From Alphaproteobacteria bacterium (GTDB lineage: Bacteria; Pseudomonadota; Alphaproteobacteria; UBA828), in contig CAXXVO010000002.1 of the NCBI GenBank assembly GCA_963422645.2, forward strand, positions 1 through 64,000: DNA of 64,000 nt, given 5' to 3'. Shown in pieces: positions 38,290 through 48,696 of this stretch; position 1 is the first letter of the stretch, and each line of letters opens with the position of its first letter. A model generated the notes under the pieces. That model was not told the DNA's origin, ran no database searches, and worked only from the letters and a program-made list of their open reading frames with translations. The position numbers and the translations under genes are program-made.

Positions 38290-40269
38290 CTCGGGCCATC
38301 CGTCGGCGCTCTATGACGAGGTGCTGGCGGGATGGCGCCGGCTGGCGCTGCAGGTCACGACCCAGGGTCTGGTGCGAACCGAGGTCGTCTGGTTCAACTA
38401 CGCCCCCGACCGGATGCATTGGGCCAGCCACGCAGGCCGGAACTTCACCGACCGCCAGCGCATCAAGCGCAAGGCAGCCAACTGGGGCCGGCGCTACCAG
38501 GCCTTGCCGCCGGGCGAACGCCTCGCCGTGCTCGCCGCCATGATGGCCGTCGAGGCCGAAGACACGTGACGGTGTCGCACTGGCACGAAGACCTCGCCGC
38601 CCGTAACGAGGCCTTCTGCTGCCTGAAGGAGCTTCTCGAGCCATCATCCCTCGCAACCACTGTCGTCGTTGCCGTCCGGGAATGGGGGCAGGGGCTGCTG
38701 CGATCAGCCACCGCGCTCGCCCGGGAAAATGCCGCACTCGAGCAGGAGAACGCGGCCCTGCGCGAGCGCATCGCCGAACTCGAGCGCAGCGCGGCCCTCA
38801 ACAGCACCACAAGCAGCAAGCCCCCCGCCAGCGACGGGCTCAAGAAGAAAAGCGGAGCCCAGAGGCGCACCCAAAGCCAGCGCGGAAAGTCCGGCGGGCC
38901 CAGTGGCGGCCAGCCCGGCCACAAGGGAACCACCCTCGCGCGGAGCGACAGCCCGGACCGTGTCGTCGATCACCACCCCTCCACCTGTTCCGGCTGTGGC
39001 GTCGAGCTCTCGGACGCCGACCGGCAAGGCGCGCCCGCCTGTCGGCAGGTCTTCGACGTACCCGAGCCGCAGCCTCTCGAGGTCACCGAACACCGCGCCC
39101 ATCGCTGCCTCTGCGGCGCATGCGGCACGCTGACACGAGCCGCCTTCCCGCCGGGCGTCACCGCCCCGGTCCAGTACGGCCCTCGCATCACCGCTTGGGT
39201 GAGTTACCTGCTGTACGCCCAGTTCGTGCCCGAGAAGCGTCTGGCCGAACTCATGAGCGACATCTTCGCGGTGTCCATCTCCACTGCCACGATCGCCGCC
39301 ATGGGCCGGCGCACAGCGCAGCGCTTCGAGGGCTTCCTCGACCATGTCGCCGATCTGATCCGCACGCAGGCGCCGGTCAAGCACCTCGACGAGACCGGCC
39401 TGCGTATCGCCGCCCGTACCCGCTGGCTCCATGTGCTGTGCACCCCGTTGCTCACCGTCCTGCGCATCGGCGAGGGACGCGGCGATGTCGAAAAGAACCT
39501 GAAAGGCATCCTCGTCCACGACGACTTCGCCCCCTACTTCACCATCAAGGGCGTCCGCCACGGCGCCTGCAACGCACATCACCTGCGCGAACTCCAGGCC
39601 CTGATCGACATCGAGAAGGAGGAATGGGCGGCGAGCATGCACCGCCTGCTTCAGCGCGCGCGCAGGGCCGCCCGCTTCGCCCGTGAGAAAGACCGTCAAG
39701 TCCCCGCCTCCCTGGTGGCCCGCATCTCAAGGGCATGGGACCGTATCCTCGAAGAAGCCATCGCCTTCCATGAGGCCCAACCGCCGCTCCAGATCGCAAA
39801 GCGAGGGCGAAAGAAACGCCGCATCGGCCACAACCTCGCGCGCCGCCTTCAAAAGCATAAGGAGGGCTGCCTGCGCTTCCTCACCGACCTGCGCACGCCG
39901 TTCACGAATAACGAGGCGGAGCGTGACATCCGTATGAACAAAGTGCATGAGAAGATCTCAGGCGGCTTCCGCTCCCTGCAAGGCGCCTGCAACTTCGCCG
40001 GAATGCGCAGCGTCATCGTCACCGCTCGAAAGCAAGGCTGGAACATCCTGCAAATCCTGGCGCACCCGGAACCGATGCAGCTGATCCCTATACTGCGCTC
40101 CTGAACTTCTCCGGCTCATCCTGAGTATCGCTGTCCTCTCATCTTGTTCGCGACGCGGCGTTCATCATCCTCTCGCGCTCAAGAGAGTAGGCACCCCCGC
40201 GGCGTGGGGGCGTTGACGCAAAAGGAACTGGCTTGTTCCATAAGAGAGAGGGGGTACCTGGGCAGTTAC
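38290..40269 (+). mobile_element. Second, diverged MTase-carrying IS66 element: MTase 3' remnant (to 38569) and transposase 38566-40104
   Basis: MTase C-terminus 'RTEVVWFNY...RNFTDRQRIKRKAANW' as in the 10937-11605 gene; same GTGA coupling; TIR ACCTGGGCAGTTAC at 40269. Confidence 0.88.
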
Positions 40270-41049
40270 AGGTAACCCAGCTGCGCCGCGCTGATCGACA
40301 CCGCGCCGCCCGACGTCGCCGGCCACTGGAACCGGCCGCGCTCAAGCCGCTTGGCGTAGAGCGACGTCCCGACCCCGTCACTCCAAAGAATCTTGACCAG
40401 GTCGCCTCTGCGTCCCCGAAAAATATAGAGATCGCCCGCATGCGGGTCGTGACCGAGATCCTCCTGGACCTGAAGCGCAAGCGTGTTCATGCCGCGCCGC
40501 ATGTCCGTCACCCCACTCGCCAGCCAGACACGAACCCCGCCCGGAACCGGGATCATCGCCGTGCCAGGACCGAAAGGACCCGCCCCAGCGCCGTGCCGTC
40601 CACCTCCCGGTCGACAATCACCCGTGCACCGTCCGCCAGCGCGATCTCCATCCGCCCCGCCGCCGGCACGGCGCCGGAACCGGCATCGGGCGGTGACGGC
40701 AGCAGGCGATCCGGCTCGACAACCACCGGCACGAAACCACCCCGCTCGCGAAACCGCCGCCGCCAGGTGAATACCAGGTTGGCGTTCACGTCGTTGCCCC
40801 GGGCCACCACCGAGACCGATACCCCGGGCCGGTAGCTCTCCGCGACGATCCGGCGCTTCTCCGCCTCGCTCCACCGACGCCGGGAGGTCGACGGCCTCGT
40901 CGCCAACCGCGGCGACTTCTCATCTACATCAGACATCTGCGATCGTGTCCATTATGGCCTTGGTGGACACCTCCAGGGTGTCCACTCCCAATCGGACAGC
41001 TTCACTCGATCACACTAGACCCGGTAGGCGGCCCACGCCGGAGGCTTAC
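40270..41049 (-). mobile_element. IS66 left end with tnpA (40553-40936) and truncated tnpB (40270-40556)
   Basis: tnpA 'RRRWSEAEKRRIVAES'; tnpB 'TDMRRG...KILWSDG...KRLERG'; end GTAAGCCTCCGGCG at 41049. Confidence 0.88.
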
Positions 41050-41236
41050 GGAGATCGTCCAAGGACGCCACGTGCGCCAGCAACCGTGAGAACACGCCAT
41101 CCGCCAGATCGACCATCGGTTGCTACCGACGCCGTACCTTCTCCGAGATGGACCGGTTGCACTGATATTGGCTTGTCAGTCACCGGCATGGCGACTTCAC
41201 ATGGTGACCTTCCATCCTGAGCAGGGTGGCTGATCG

Positions 41237-43750
41237 TTAGAGGTCCGGGAGGTAGTAGGCGACGAGCAATCTCGTGAGGATTTCGCCACGGAGCGCCAAA
41301 CGATCAACATCCTCTTTTGGCATGGCTGCGAAGTCGGTTGGGTAGTGCCGGACCTCGTCGCGTGTTGGGAGGTCCGCTGGAATCCAGGGCAAGGCATTGT
41401 CCTTCTGTCCGAGATAGGCCAACGCGAAGCCCGAGAGTTTTCCGTCGTCAGCAAAGTAGTGCAGGCGTTTTCGAGTAGCGTCCTGGACCTTGCGAAAGAC
41501 TGTGAGAAAGGACCGGTACATCCTAGTAGGCCAGCGGGTCGGGTAGCTGTCGGCGTCGAATAGGCCCGCGCCAGCGTCGCAACAAATGATGTACTCGGGG
41601 TCGAAAACATTCGTGCTGATAGAAGCTATCCGCCCAGGCTCCATCGGGTTAACGCCCAGATTCTCGAATACTCCACCATCGGTGAGCAGAACACGAGTCG
41701 GCGTACTGGTTTTCCCGTTCTTGACAAAGCGGTACTTGCGTTCAAGTGCAGGCAGAAAGACCGGATAGGCTGCCGAAGCGGCCACGGCATCGGCGACCAG
41801 AGCGTCTTCGGGGGCAATCGTTCCAAAACGCCAACAGCCGCTATGCCGACTTCCGAACCGGAATGCGGATCCGGTTCGCAGCTCGGTGGCATTGATAACC
41901 GTATCGAGCGATTCCCGGGAGACTTCGCGCACAATGGTATCGCCGAACATGGATTGAGCGATGACTTCCTTGAACGCCTCCGTGCGGCTGAACGTGCGCT
42001 CCACCGGCTGACTCACGCGATCAGGGTTGTTCGATGGGATCGCGACGCGAGCCAGGCGATGAAGTATGCGGGCGATGAAGCACAGACACGCGACAAAATG
42101 AACTCTGACAACCTTGCGGATGGAGCCCTGTAGAAACACCTGGCGAAAGATGTCGCGGTGAAGTCCTTTGTCCAGAAGCTGTAGTGCGCGCGCTTCAAAC
42201 TCCGGGAACGGATCGTCTGAATAGGCATACATTGCGGAGATCACAGAACCGCCAGACACACTCGAAATCACCTGGAGGCGATCAAGCAAATCCAGGTCGT
42301 GCAGAGCACGCAGACATCCCAGGTGAAACGCGATGGCGCGCGATCCCCCGCCGGAGAGCGCGAGCCCCACATTTCTCGGCTTCTGGAGGCGTGGCCCAAG
42401 CTGCGTCGTTGCTGCTGTGTTTCGTTCAATTCGAATGAAATTCTTGTCGGACAGTGTTGTCCTGAATGCATGCGCGCCAAGAATTGGATCGTCGGGATTC
42501 CCGGAGAGGATCAGGATCAAGCAGGTTCTTCGGGCGGAGACCGGGTCGGCTAGGAGCTGTGCGACGGCATCAATGTCGATATCGCTTGGGTGCGGCGAGG
42601 ACGAGGGGTGGGTATGCCAACTGCCGACGCAATCGACCGATCCGCGGAACCGGTCGCGCTTACTTTCGGCAGCCTCTATCATCCCTTTGACTCCGCAGGT
42701 GAAGTGCTCCTCGCTTGCGTCGCTGTCTGGCGGCGGTCCCTCCACCTCCGTGACCCAAAGCACGCCCGCGGCTTCGTTCAACTCACCAAATACCAGCCCG
42801 CCGGTCTCAATTCCTGGTCCCACCGTTCGCGCAGATCGTCTTGCCCATCCGCGCATTTCTCGCGCAGCAGTCGCAGATACCCGGACCGAATAGCCGCGCC
42901 CCTCGTCCCTGAGAGTATGTTCCGGGGGCCACGAAAACTCATGGACAGGTCCGGATTCTTCGCAAGTCCAGCCAAAGCCCGTGTGGCAGTCATCGGTCCC
43001 TTGGATCGCACGAGCGATAGAATTCAGCATGCGCGCTGACAGTCCTGCGAGATCGGCGTTGGAACCGATGAACGTCGGCTCCGAACAGCCAGGTTCTGGT
43101 TGAAATTCCTCGCCTGGCGCCGATCGCGGCCAGAAAGCCTGAAGCGGTCTCGCGAGCTGCGCACTTCGACACGCTTCGAGTTTGAGGCACCGAGTCAGGT
43201 CGAGCGTGCCGCCGCTATGGTTCCCTCGCGAAAGAGTAGCAATGCCGTTGGCGGCCTGACTGTCGATGGCGATGGATGCAATTGGAGGTCGCGTGTCCGG
43301 GGCGTCGCGTAGCACATGCTCCAGGGCCGTCCGAACCGCCATTGAGGCCGTGCAATCGAGCAGAAGGTCGACCATCGGAAGTGGATCGGCGCCTGTTACT
43401 CGTTGAATAAGGTCGCCGGTCGAAGCGACAGCTTCCAGATCGGGATCGATCCTTTTCAAGCGATCGGCCAGCGCGTGAGCCTTGAACCTTCCGATATCGG
43501 CGTCTTCAAAGCCTTGTCGTACTAGGAGACCGGGGGCGACCGTCTTGTTGTCTACAAGCTCTACCGTTCTGGCACCGGCCCGTACGACGCTTTCCGCCAC
43601 GTGGGTCCCTACAGCGCCGCATCCCCAAATCGCCACACGCTTACCGGAAAACCAAGCCATGGGGGATGCTTGATCCCGCCTCCTGGTGACCTCAGGACGC
43701 ATTTCCCTGACTCTGCACCAACCCACATCGGCCAAGACCGACCATTCCAC
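41237..43750 (-). CDS. ThiF/E1-like + JAB + patatin-like phospholipase fusion (probably the C-terminal part of an E2-E1-JAB-patatin protein)
   Basis: GCGAVG, 'LVRQ', 'LDCTA', 'EPGCSEPTF' (Cap2-type catalytic Cys); ETGG...WHTHP..PSDID; patatin LSGGGSRA, SVSGGS, DGG. Confidence 0.88.
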   Translation of the reverse strand: MEWSVLADVGWCRVREMRPEVTRRRDQASPMAWFSGKRVAIWGCGAVGTHVAESVVRAGARTVELVDNKTVAPGLLVRQGFEDADIGRFKAHALADRLKRIDPDLEAVASTGDLIQRVTGADPLPMVDLLLDCTASMAVRTALEHVLRDAPDTRPPIASIAIDSQAANGIATLSRGNHSGGTLDLTRCLKLEACRSAQLARPLQAFWPRSAPGEEFQPEPGCSEPTFIGSNADLAGLSARMLNSIARAIQGTDDCHTGFGWTCEESGPVHEFSWPPEHTLRDEGRGYSVRVSATAAREMRGWARRSARTVGPGIETGGLVFGELNEAAGVLWVTEVEGPPPDSDASEEHFTCGVKGMIEAAESKRDRFRGSVDCVGSWHTHPSSSPHPSDIDIDAVAQLLADPVSARRTCLILILSGNPDDPILGAHAFRTTLSDKNFIRIERNTAATTQLGPRLQKPRNVGLALSGGGSRAIAFHLGCLRALHDLDLLDRLQVISSVSGGSVISAMYAYSDDPFPEFEARALQLLDKGLHRDIFRQVFLQGSIRKVVRVHFVACLCFIARILHRLARVAIPSNNPDRVSQPVERTFSRTEAFKEVIAQSMFGDTIVREVSRESLDTVINATELRTGSAFRFGSRHSGCWRFGTIAPEDALVADAVAASAAYPVFLPALERKYRFVKNGKTSTPTRVLLTDGGVFENLGVNPMEPGRIASISTNVFDPEYIICCDAGAGLFDADSYPTRWPTRMYRSFLTVFRKVQDATRKRLHYFADDGKLSGFALAYLGQKDNALPWIPADLPTRDEVRHYPTDFAAMPKEDVDRLALRGEILTRLLVAYYLPDL

Positions 43751-43758
43751 GACCGCAA

Positions 43759-44655
43759 CTATCGCTGCACAGCCCGTTGTGCTGGATCATCGGCTGACGA
43801 CGAGACATTCAGCTCTCGCAGCTTGTCTGCGTCGGCAGTAGCGATTTCCCATACTGCGAGATGCTGAAGGGCTCGACCGCCCGGGTCTATTCGGCGCATC
43901 GGGGTACCGAGCACTACGGCCAGCGGGGTCACGGCGCCGCTGTTTCGCGCGTACAGCCCGAGTTGGCGGATGAACGGACCGTAGTCGAGACCGTGAGATT
44001 CCAGCTCTTTCAATAGGGAGTGGACAGTCTTTGGGTATTCGAAAGGCAGGTTCCTATGGAGCAAGATTGCGGGAGCGAAGTGGGCCGGCAGTTCATGACC
44101 ATGCTCCTGCCAGCCGACGATTTCGGTGCGATGGTGTCGTTCACGTAGTTCCGCCAACCCGAACCAAGGCGAGTCGTCAACCGGAGGAGTATCCGCCCTC
44201 GGCACAAATAAGCGGTCAACGATTGGATAGGCGACCGGCGGATGGAGTGGCGCGTCGTCGGGATCGAGGTTGTTGACTGCTGCGTCACGTATCCAGGAGT
44301 CTAACCGCTTGACAAAGCCGTACATCCCGTTTTCCGGGCGCCAGTCGGCGGAACTCCCGTAGAGGCAGAGTTGCCTCCGCCACTGGACGTGATTGAAGCC
44401 GGAGAAGCGAACATGCGGAGTCACGACCAGTGGATGCTCGAACGGGAAGGTAGGAGGTACGAGCACGCAGAAAGCCTCACGTGCTCGCACCGGTAGCCCA
44501 TCCTCGCCCCGCTCCAGGCCGTCGAATCGAATGCTTATCTCGAACAGGCGATAGGCGTCGACAAGCTGAGTGGCTTCGTAGAGCTGTACGGTGCCGTCCG
44601 AGGCATCCGCAATCTCCCTAAGCTGTTCCCAGGCGAGTTCGAAGGCATCGGCCAT
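43759..44655 (-). CDS. E2/UBC-like domain protein (N-terminal half of a Cap2-like fusion; likely frameshift at ~43770)
   Basis: 'VPPTFPFEHP...HVQWRRQLCLY....WRP....GFVKRLDSW' UBC-fold pattern with Cys. Confidence 0.75.
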   Translation of the reverse strand: MADAFELAWEQLREIADASDGTVQLYEATQLVDAYRLFEISIRFDGLERGEDGLPVRAREAFCVLVPPTFPFEHPLVVTPHVRFSGFNHVQWRRQLCLYGSSADWRPENGMYGFVKRLDSWIRDAAVNNLDPDDAPLHPPVAYPIVDRLFVPRADTPPVDDSPWFGLAELRERHHRTEIVGWQEHGHELPAHFAPAILLHRNLPFEYPKTVHSLLKELESHGLDYGPFIRQLGLYARNSGAVTPLAVVLGTPMRRIDPGGRALQHLAVWEIATADADKLRELNVSSSADDPAQRAVQR

Positions 44656-45779
44656 CAGGCCCGGCCGTACGTGTGAGCACTTTCGGGAGCTTCGTTTGAG
44701 CCCTTCGCTGCATCGGCGGCTTCCGAAGCGGTCATGGCGGCGGTCGCCACGCCGGCGAGCACGATCTTTCCATCCTTAAGTTCAGCCATGATCGGCTCGT
44801 CCTGATCCATTGTGCAAAGAAAGGACTCGGTGGTCGACTCGTACTGCGTCTTGGCCTTTGCATGGGGAGGGTTGTCACCGGCCTTGTTGGAGGACGGTAC
44901 CGTATTGGAGCTGGATATGACCCGATTGGGTTTCAAAGACGCCTTCTCCATTTCCTCAACGATGTGCTTCTTGAGCTTCTCCTCGTCGTCCCCTTCCTCC
45001 TTCCAGTACATCGCGGCCTTTGAGCAGTGGTGCGGTGCCAGCAGCACGTTCCATGCGAGATCGTCGTCTTCGTTGACGCCAAATATTCTCTTGATGATCG
45101 GGTAGGAAAGATCACCGAGGAGCAGCGCGCGCAGTATCTTGTCTCCGTCGTAAAGCGTGACCTGCATGCCGAGGCTCGTGTCGTTCCGCTCGCCGGCGTC
45201 ATCGTCCTTGAACGGGGCATGGACAAATGCCCGGAACTTGTCAGACACGTCCTTTTCGTCAATCGTGGTCACTTCGTTACCCGGTATCGTCAACCGATCT
45301 TCCGGAAAATCCTTGTAATCGTCCTCTTCCAGCAACTCCGAGTAGCCGAAAATACGCACGCGGTCGCCGGCGCCTGGATCGCCCTTGGCCTCGATCGTCT
45401 TCTTGACGCGCCGTTCCGCCTCCTTCTTGAAATCCTTCGCGTCGTCGCAGAGATCCTTATTATACTCGGCAAAGATTCTGGGCGTGAACCACAACTCGCC
45501 AATATCTACCTTGTCGAGGAGGTCCGAGAAACCCCGGCAATGGTCCTGATCAGGGTGAGTCAGAGCAAACACGGCCAGGTACGGTCGTCCATTGACCTTG
45601 GGCAACCGTTCTGAGAGCTCATCGACAACGGCCCAGCTGGCATCGTCGTCGTCGTCGGACTTTTGCAGATGATTGAGATCAACCTGCAGATACGTCTTCG
45701 AGTCGACAACAATGGATGTGCTGTCGCCATTTGCCACCGGCCAGAAGACCAGTCCGCGGTCAGGAAGTTCGAAGGCCAT
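44655..45779 (-). CDS. Metallo-beta-lactamase-fold hydrolase (ComEC/Rec2-like) with a C-terminal tail ending HTYGRA
   Basis: 'VANGDS', THPDQDH, 'NDTS', LLGD, APHHCS; low-complexity Ala-rich tail. Confidence 0.88.
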   Translation of the reverse strand: MAFELPDRGLVFWPVANGDSTSIVVDSKTYLQVDLNHLQKSDDDDDASWAVVDELSERLPKVNGRPYLAVFALTHPDQDHCRGFSDLLDKVDIGELWFTPRIFAEYNKDLCDDAKDFKKEAERRVKKTIEAKGDPGAGDRVRIFGYSELLEEDDYKDFPEDRLTIPGNEVTTIDEKDVSDKFRAFVHAPFKDDDAGERNDTSLGMQVTLYDGDKILRALLLGDLSYPIIKRIFGVNEDDDLAWNVLLAPHHCSKAAMYWKEEGDDEEKLKKHIVEEMEKASLKPNRVISSSNTVPSSNKAGDNPPHAKAKTQYESTTESFLCTMDQDEPIMAELKDGKIVLAGVATAAMTASEAADAAKGSNEAPESAHTYGRA

Positions 45780-45874
45780 GTTTCATGCTCCGTTTGGTTT
45801 TGGTTTTCGTGTTTGGCAAGGTTGATGCAGTGCTGACTTGAACGCGGTCTAATGGTTTCGGGAAGCAAAGATCA

Positions 45875-47755
45875 TCATCGTACACACCGTGTGACAAACC
45901 CATTGCCGCCGCGTGCTGTAAGCAACGACACGCCATCTTCGATGTTTGTTTGAAAGACTTGTCGAGCTACTTTGCCGTACAGCTTGACTGCCTTTGCGTC
46001 TGGATGCCCGTATTGATTGTCGACCCCGGCGCTGATCAAGACCGTGTCCGGGGACACAAGTAGCGCCATTTTGGGATGAGCCGCATTCTTTGAGCCGTGA
46101 TGCGGGGCACTCAAGACGTCGGAAGAAAGACTATTTCCGAACAATCTGGTTAACCGCTTATGCACATGGCTCCGGTTCGATCAACATGCTGTAGGTAAGG
46201 GGTTTTGCATTGGTGGCGATGCGGAAGAGCGAGCGGAAAGCAGCGTGGCGGGTTTTGCGGCGGTTGAAGCGAAAGGCGAACTCATCGAGATAGGCCTGCA
46301 GATGCTTGCGGCGCAGCCCGTGGTAGACGCCTCGCGCCCATCCTTTGAGGTTGGAGAAGACTTGGTGGATCCACGGCAGGACGAGGTGAGCGGCGGTCTT
46401 CCCGACGACATGGACATTGTGGCGATCGGCGGGGACCGCAGCGTAGCCGGACCAGCCGTCGGTTTTCGCGATGGCGTCGGGATCGGCGGCGGTTTCGACG
46501 AAGTGTCCGAGGTCGGCGGCGCCGTAGGAGGAGATTTCGGCCAGCCGCAGGCGGCCCGGGATGGTTCCATCCCCCAGTTCGATGGCGCCGACGATGAGCA
46601 TCTTGCCGTCGTGGCTGCGTCCTTGCCCTCCGGTGGGAGGATCGTCTTTGGTCCGGAATGGAAGGCTGGCCTCGTCGATTTCCACCAGGCCCGACAACGG
46701 GTTGCGCTCGGGGTCGACCATGCTGGCGCGCAGCTTGTGGGCGAGCAGCCAAGCGCTGCGGTAAGAGCCGATACCGAGCTGTTTCTGGAGCTGCAGGGCA
46801 GAGATGCCGTTGGAGTGGGTCGCCATCAGGTAGGCGGCCCAGAACCAGACGGTGAGCGGCAGCTTGCTGGCGTGCAGGATCGTCCCGGCCGTCACCGAGG
46901 TCTGCCGGCGGCAGCCGGCGCACTCGAAGGTGTGTGCTTTTCTGCGCAGCGCCCATCCCTTTTCATGGCCGCACGCGGGACAGACGAAGCCGTCCGGCCA
47001 GCGCATTTCGATCAGCCAGGCGGCGCAGGCGTCATCGTCCGGGAACATGTGCTGGAAGGCGAGGAGGCTGTCGGCGACCTGTTTCATGTGGTGGCTCCGT
47101 CGGCAGGAACGTATAGGCAACATTCTACCCGTTCTCCCGCCCTAACCTCAACCTCAACATCTGGTGGCAAACTCTCGCGACCGGAGCCATGTGCATAAGC
47201 GGTTCTGGTTATTGTGTCCCAGCGGTCGTTTTCCGTATCTCCCGTTATCAGATAAGGAAACCCATTCCCGCCAATTCCCGACAACTTGAGGACTATGCTA
47301 CAGTTGTTGGAATTATCCATGTCTTCACTATGCGGAGAAAACAGCTCATAGGAAAAATACTTGGAAAGCCCATTCAGTTTTCGCGAATGGAGGTCCAACC
47401 GTACCGAGAGCTTCTTTAGGGGCTTTCCTGTATTCCTTCGCCGGCGCTCATGCTTGTTGATAACCTTGAACACGTCGGTGGCATTATCGGTATCCTTGTA
47501 ATACTTCGGATACATGATCCAATTGGGTTTGTACTCTCCCAGAATGTTGTCAACCCCATACGGGTCAGCATGGTCGTTATCGAACCCTGTCAATACGAGG
47601 CCCGCTAAGTCCTGATTGCGGAGAAACACCTGCAATTGCTTCTCGATTGCTTTAGCGTGTTCGTCGGGCCAGCGCGAATCGACGATCACGGCTTCTCCGC
47701 GGTGGCGGATGGCGATCAACTCACCCTGTCCTACGTATACCGTCAGCGTCTGCAT
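45875..47755 (-). pseudogene. MBL-fold (ComEC/Rec2-like) hydrolase interrupted by IS1595
   Basis: 'VGQG', TGFDNDH, NNCS, ITGD, APHHGS, YGHP; removing the IS and one TSD restores in-frame ...WDTITR-LFGN... Confidence 0.88.
46153..47203 (-). mobile_element. IS1595-family element (tnp ~46158-47087)
   Basis: TIR ACCGCTTATGCACATGGCTCCGG; 8-bp TSD TCTGGTTA; CPAC..CAGC, VEIDE, TDGW, 'YLDEFAFRFNRR'. Confidence 0.95.
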
Positions 47756-47757
47756 TG

Positions 47758-48696
47758 CTATTGCCCACTCCGTTCGCTGATGGCCCAATACAGCGATTGG
47801 TTCAATTCTCTCTCGAACGCACTCACCGCCTGTGCCGCAGACCCGAACTGCCGTCCGCTGAAGTCCTCGTAGACCCCTGCGCACACGCTTGGCAGCTTCT
47901 TGGCCAGAACTTGGTAATAGGAAGCCTCTCCGTCCTCCGATGTGTCTATTTCGGGGACCGTGACATCTATCGATGACCCGTCAACCAGTTCCAGCTCTCC
48001 CTTCCAATACAGAGTGCCGGCGCGTTTCGACCAGTACGGCTGAAGCGACGGGAAGAGGTCTGGAATGGTCGCACTATCCCTGGTCCGGACTTCCTTGCTG
48101 TGCCCCGCCTCTGTCTTGCTCAGCTCCGGCCTCGATCCAAGGGGCCAAACGGGTGCGTCTCTCGTAAGGGTGACTTTCGCGGGTTCGACCTCGTAAACGG
48201 CATCGTCACCCCGTAACAGGATGTAGTGCCTGACGCTGTAGCGTGACGCCGCCTCTCCACCAGCCAGCCGGGAAACGACGAGTAGTGCATAAAAGAAATC
48301 AAGGTTGTGCTTTTCGTGATTCACTATCCTTCTGTAGGTTGCAATGTCGCCGCCGCTGAGGTTTGGAAATCCATTCACATGATGTGTGTGCCAATTGCCA
48401 AGATGCTCAACTTCAGGGCGCGCGCTCTCGATCTGGCGAAATATCTCCGCTTGGTAGTCGCCGTCCTGGAAGAAACTTGTGGTGGACCTCCGCGCATTCG
48501 GTCCAGCCTCGATGACACCGGTAACCGTGACCTCCAATGAGCCATCGGCGCAGCGCCGAAACCGTCCTACGATCCGCCCACCCGTCTCGTCATGGTCATA
48601 ACGATCGCAGTCATCGAAGATCGACTCCAGTACCAGCGAAGGGATCGATAGCGTAGCGTTGGCATCCTTTAGGTCGCTATTCATTGGAACCTCCAC
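47758..48696 (-). CDS. JAB/MPN (JAMM) metallo-isopeptidase with a C-terminal extra domain
   Basis: ETGG...GNWHTHH....LSGGD JAMM motif; ~110-aa C-terminal extension. Confidence 0.88.
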   Translation of the reverse strand: MEVPMNSDLKDANATLSIPSLVLESIFDDCDRYDHDETGGRIVGRFRRCADGSLEVTVTGVIEAGPNARRSTTSFFQDGDYQAEIFRQIESARPEVEHLGNWHTHHVNGFPNLSGGDIATYRRIVNHEKHNLDFFYALLVVSRLAGGEAASRYSVRHYILLRGDDAVYEVEPAKVTLTRDAPVWPLGSRPELSKTEAGHSKEVRTRDSATIPDLFPSLQPYWSKRAGTLYWKGELELVDGSSIDVTVPEIDTSEDGEASYYQVLAKKLPSVCAGVYEDFSGRQFGSAAQAVSAFERELNQSLYWAISERSGQ

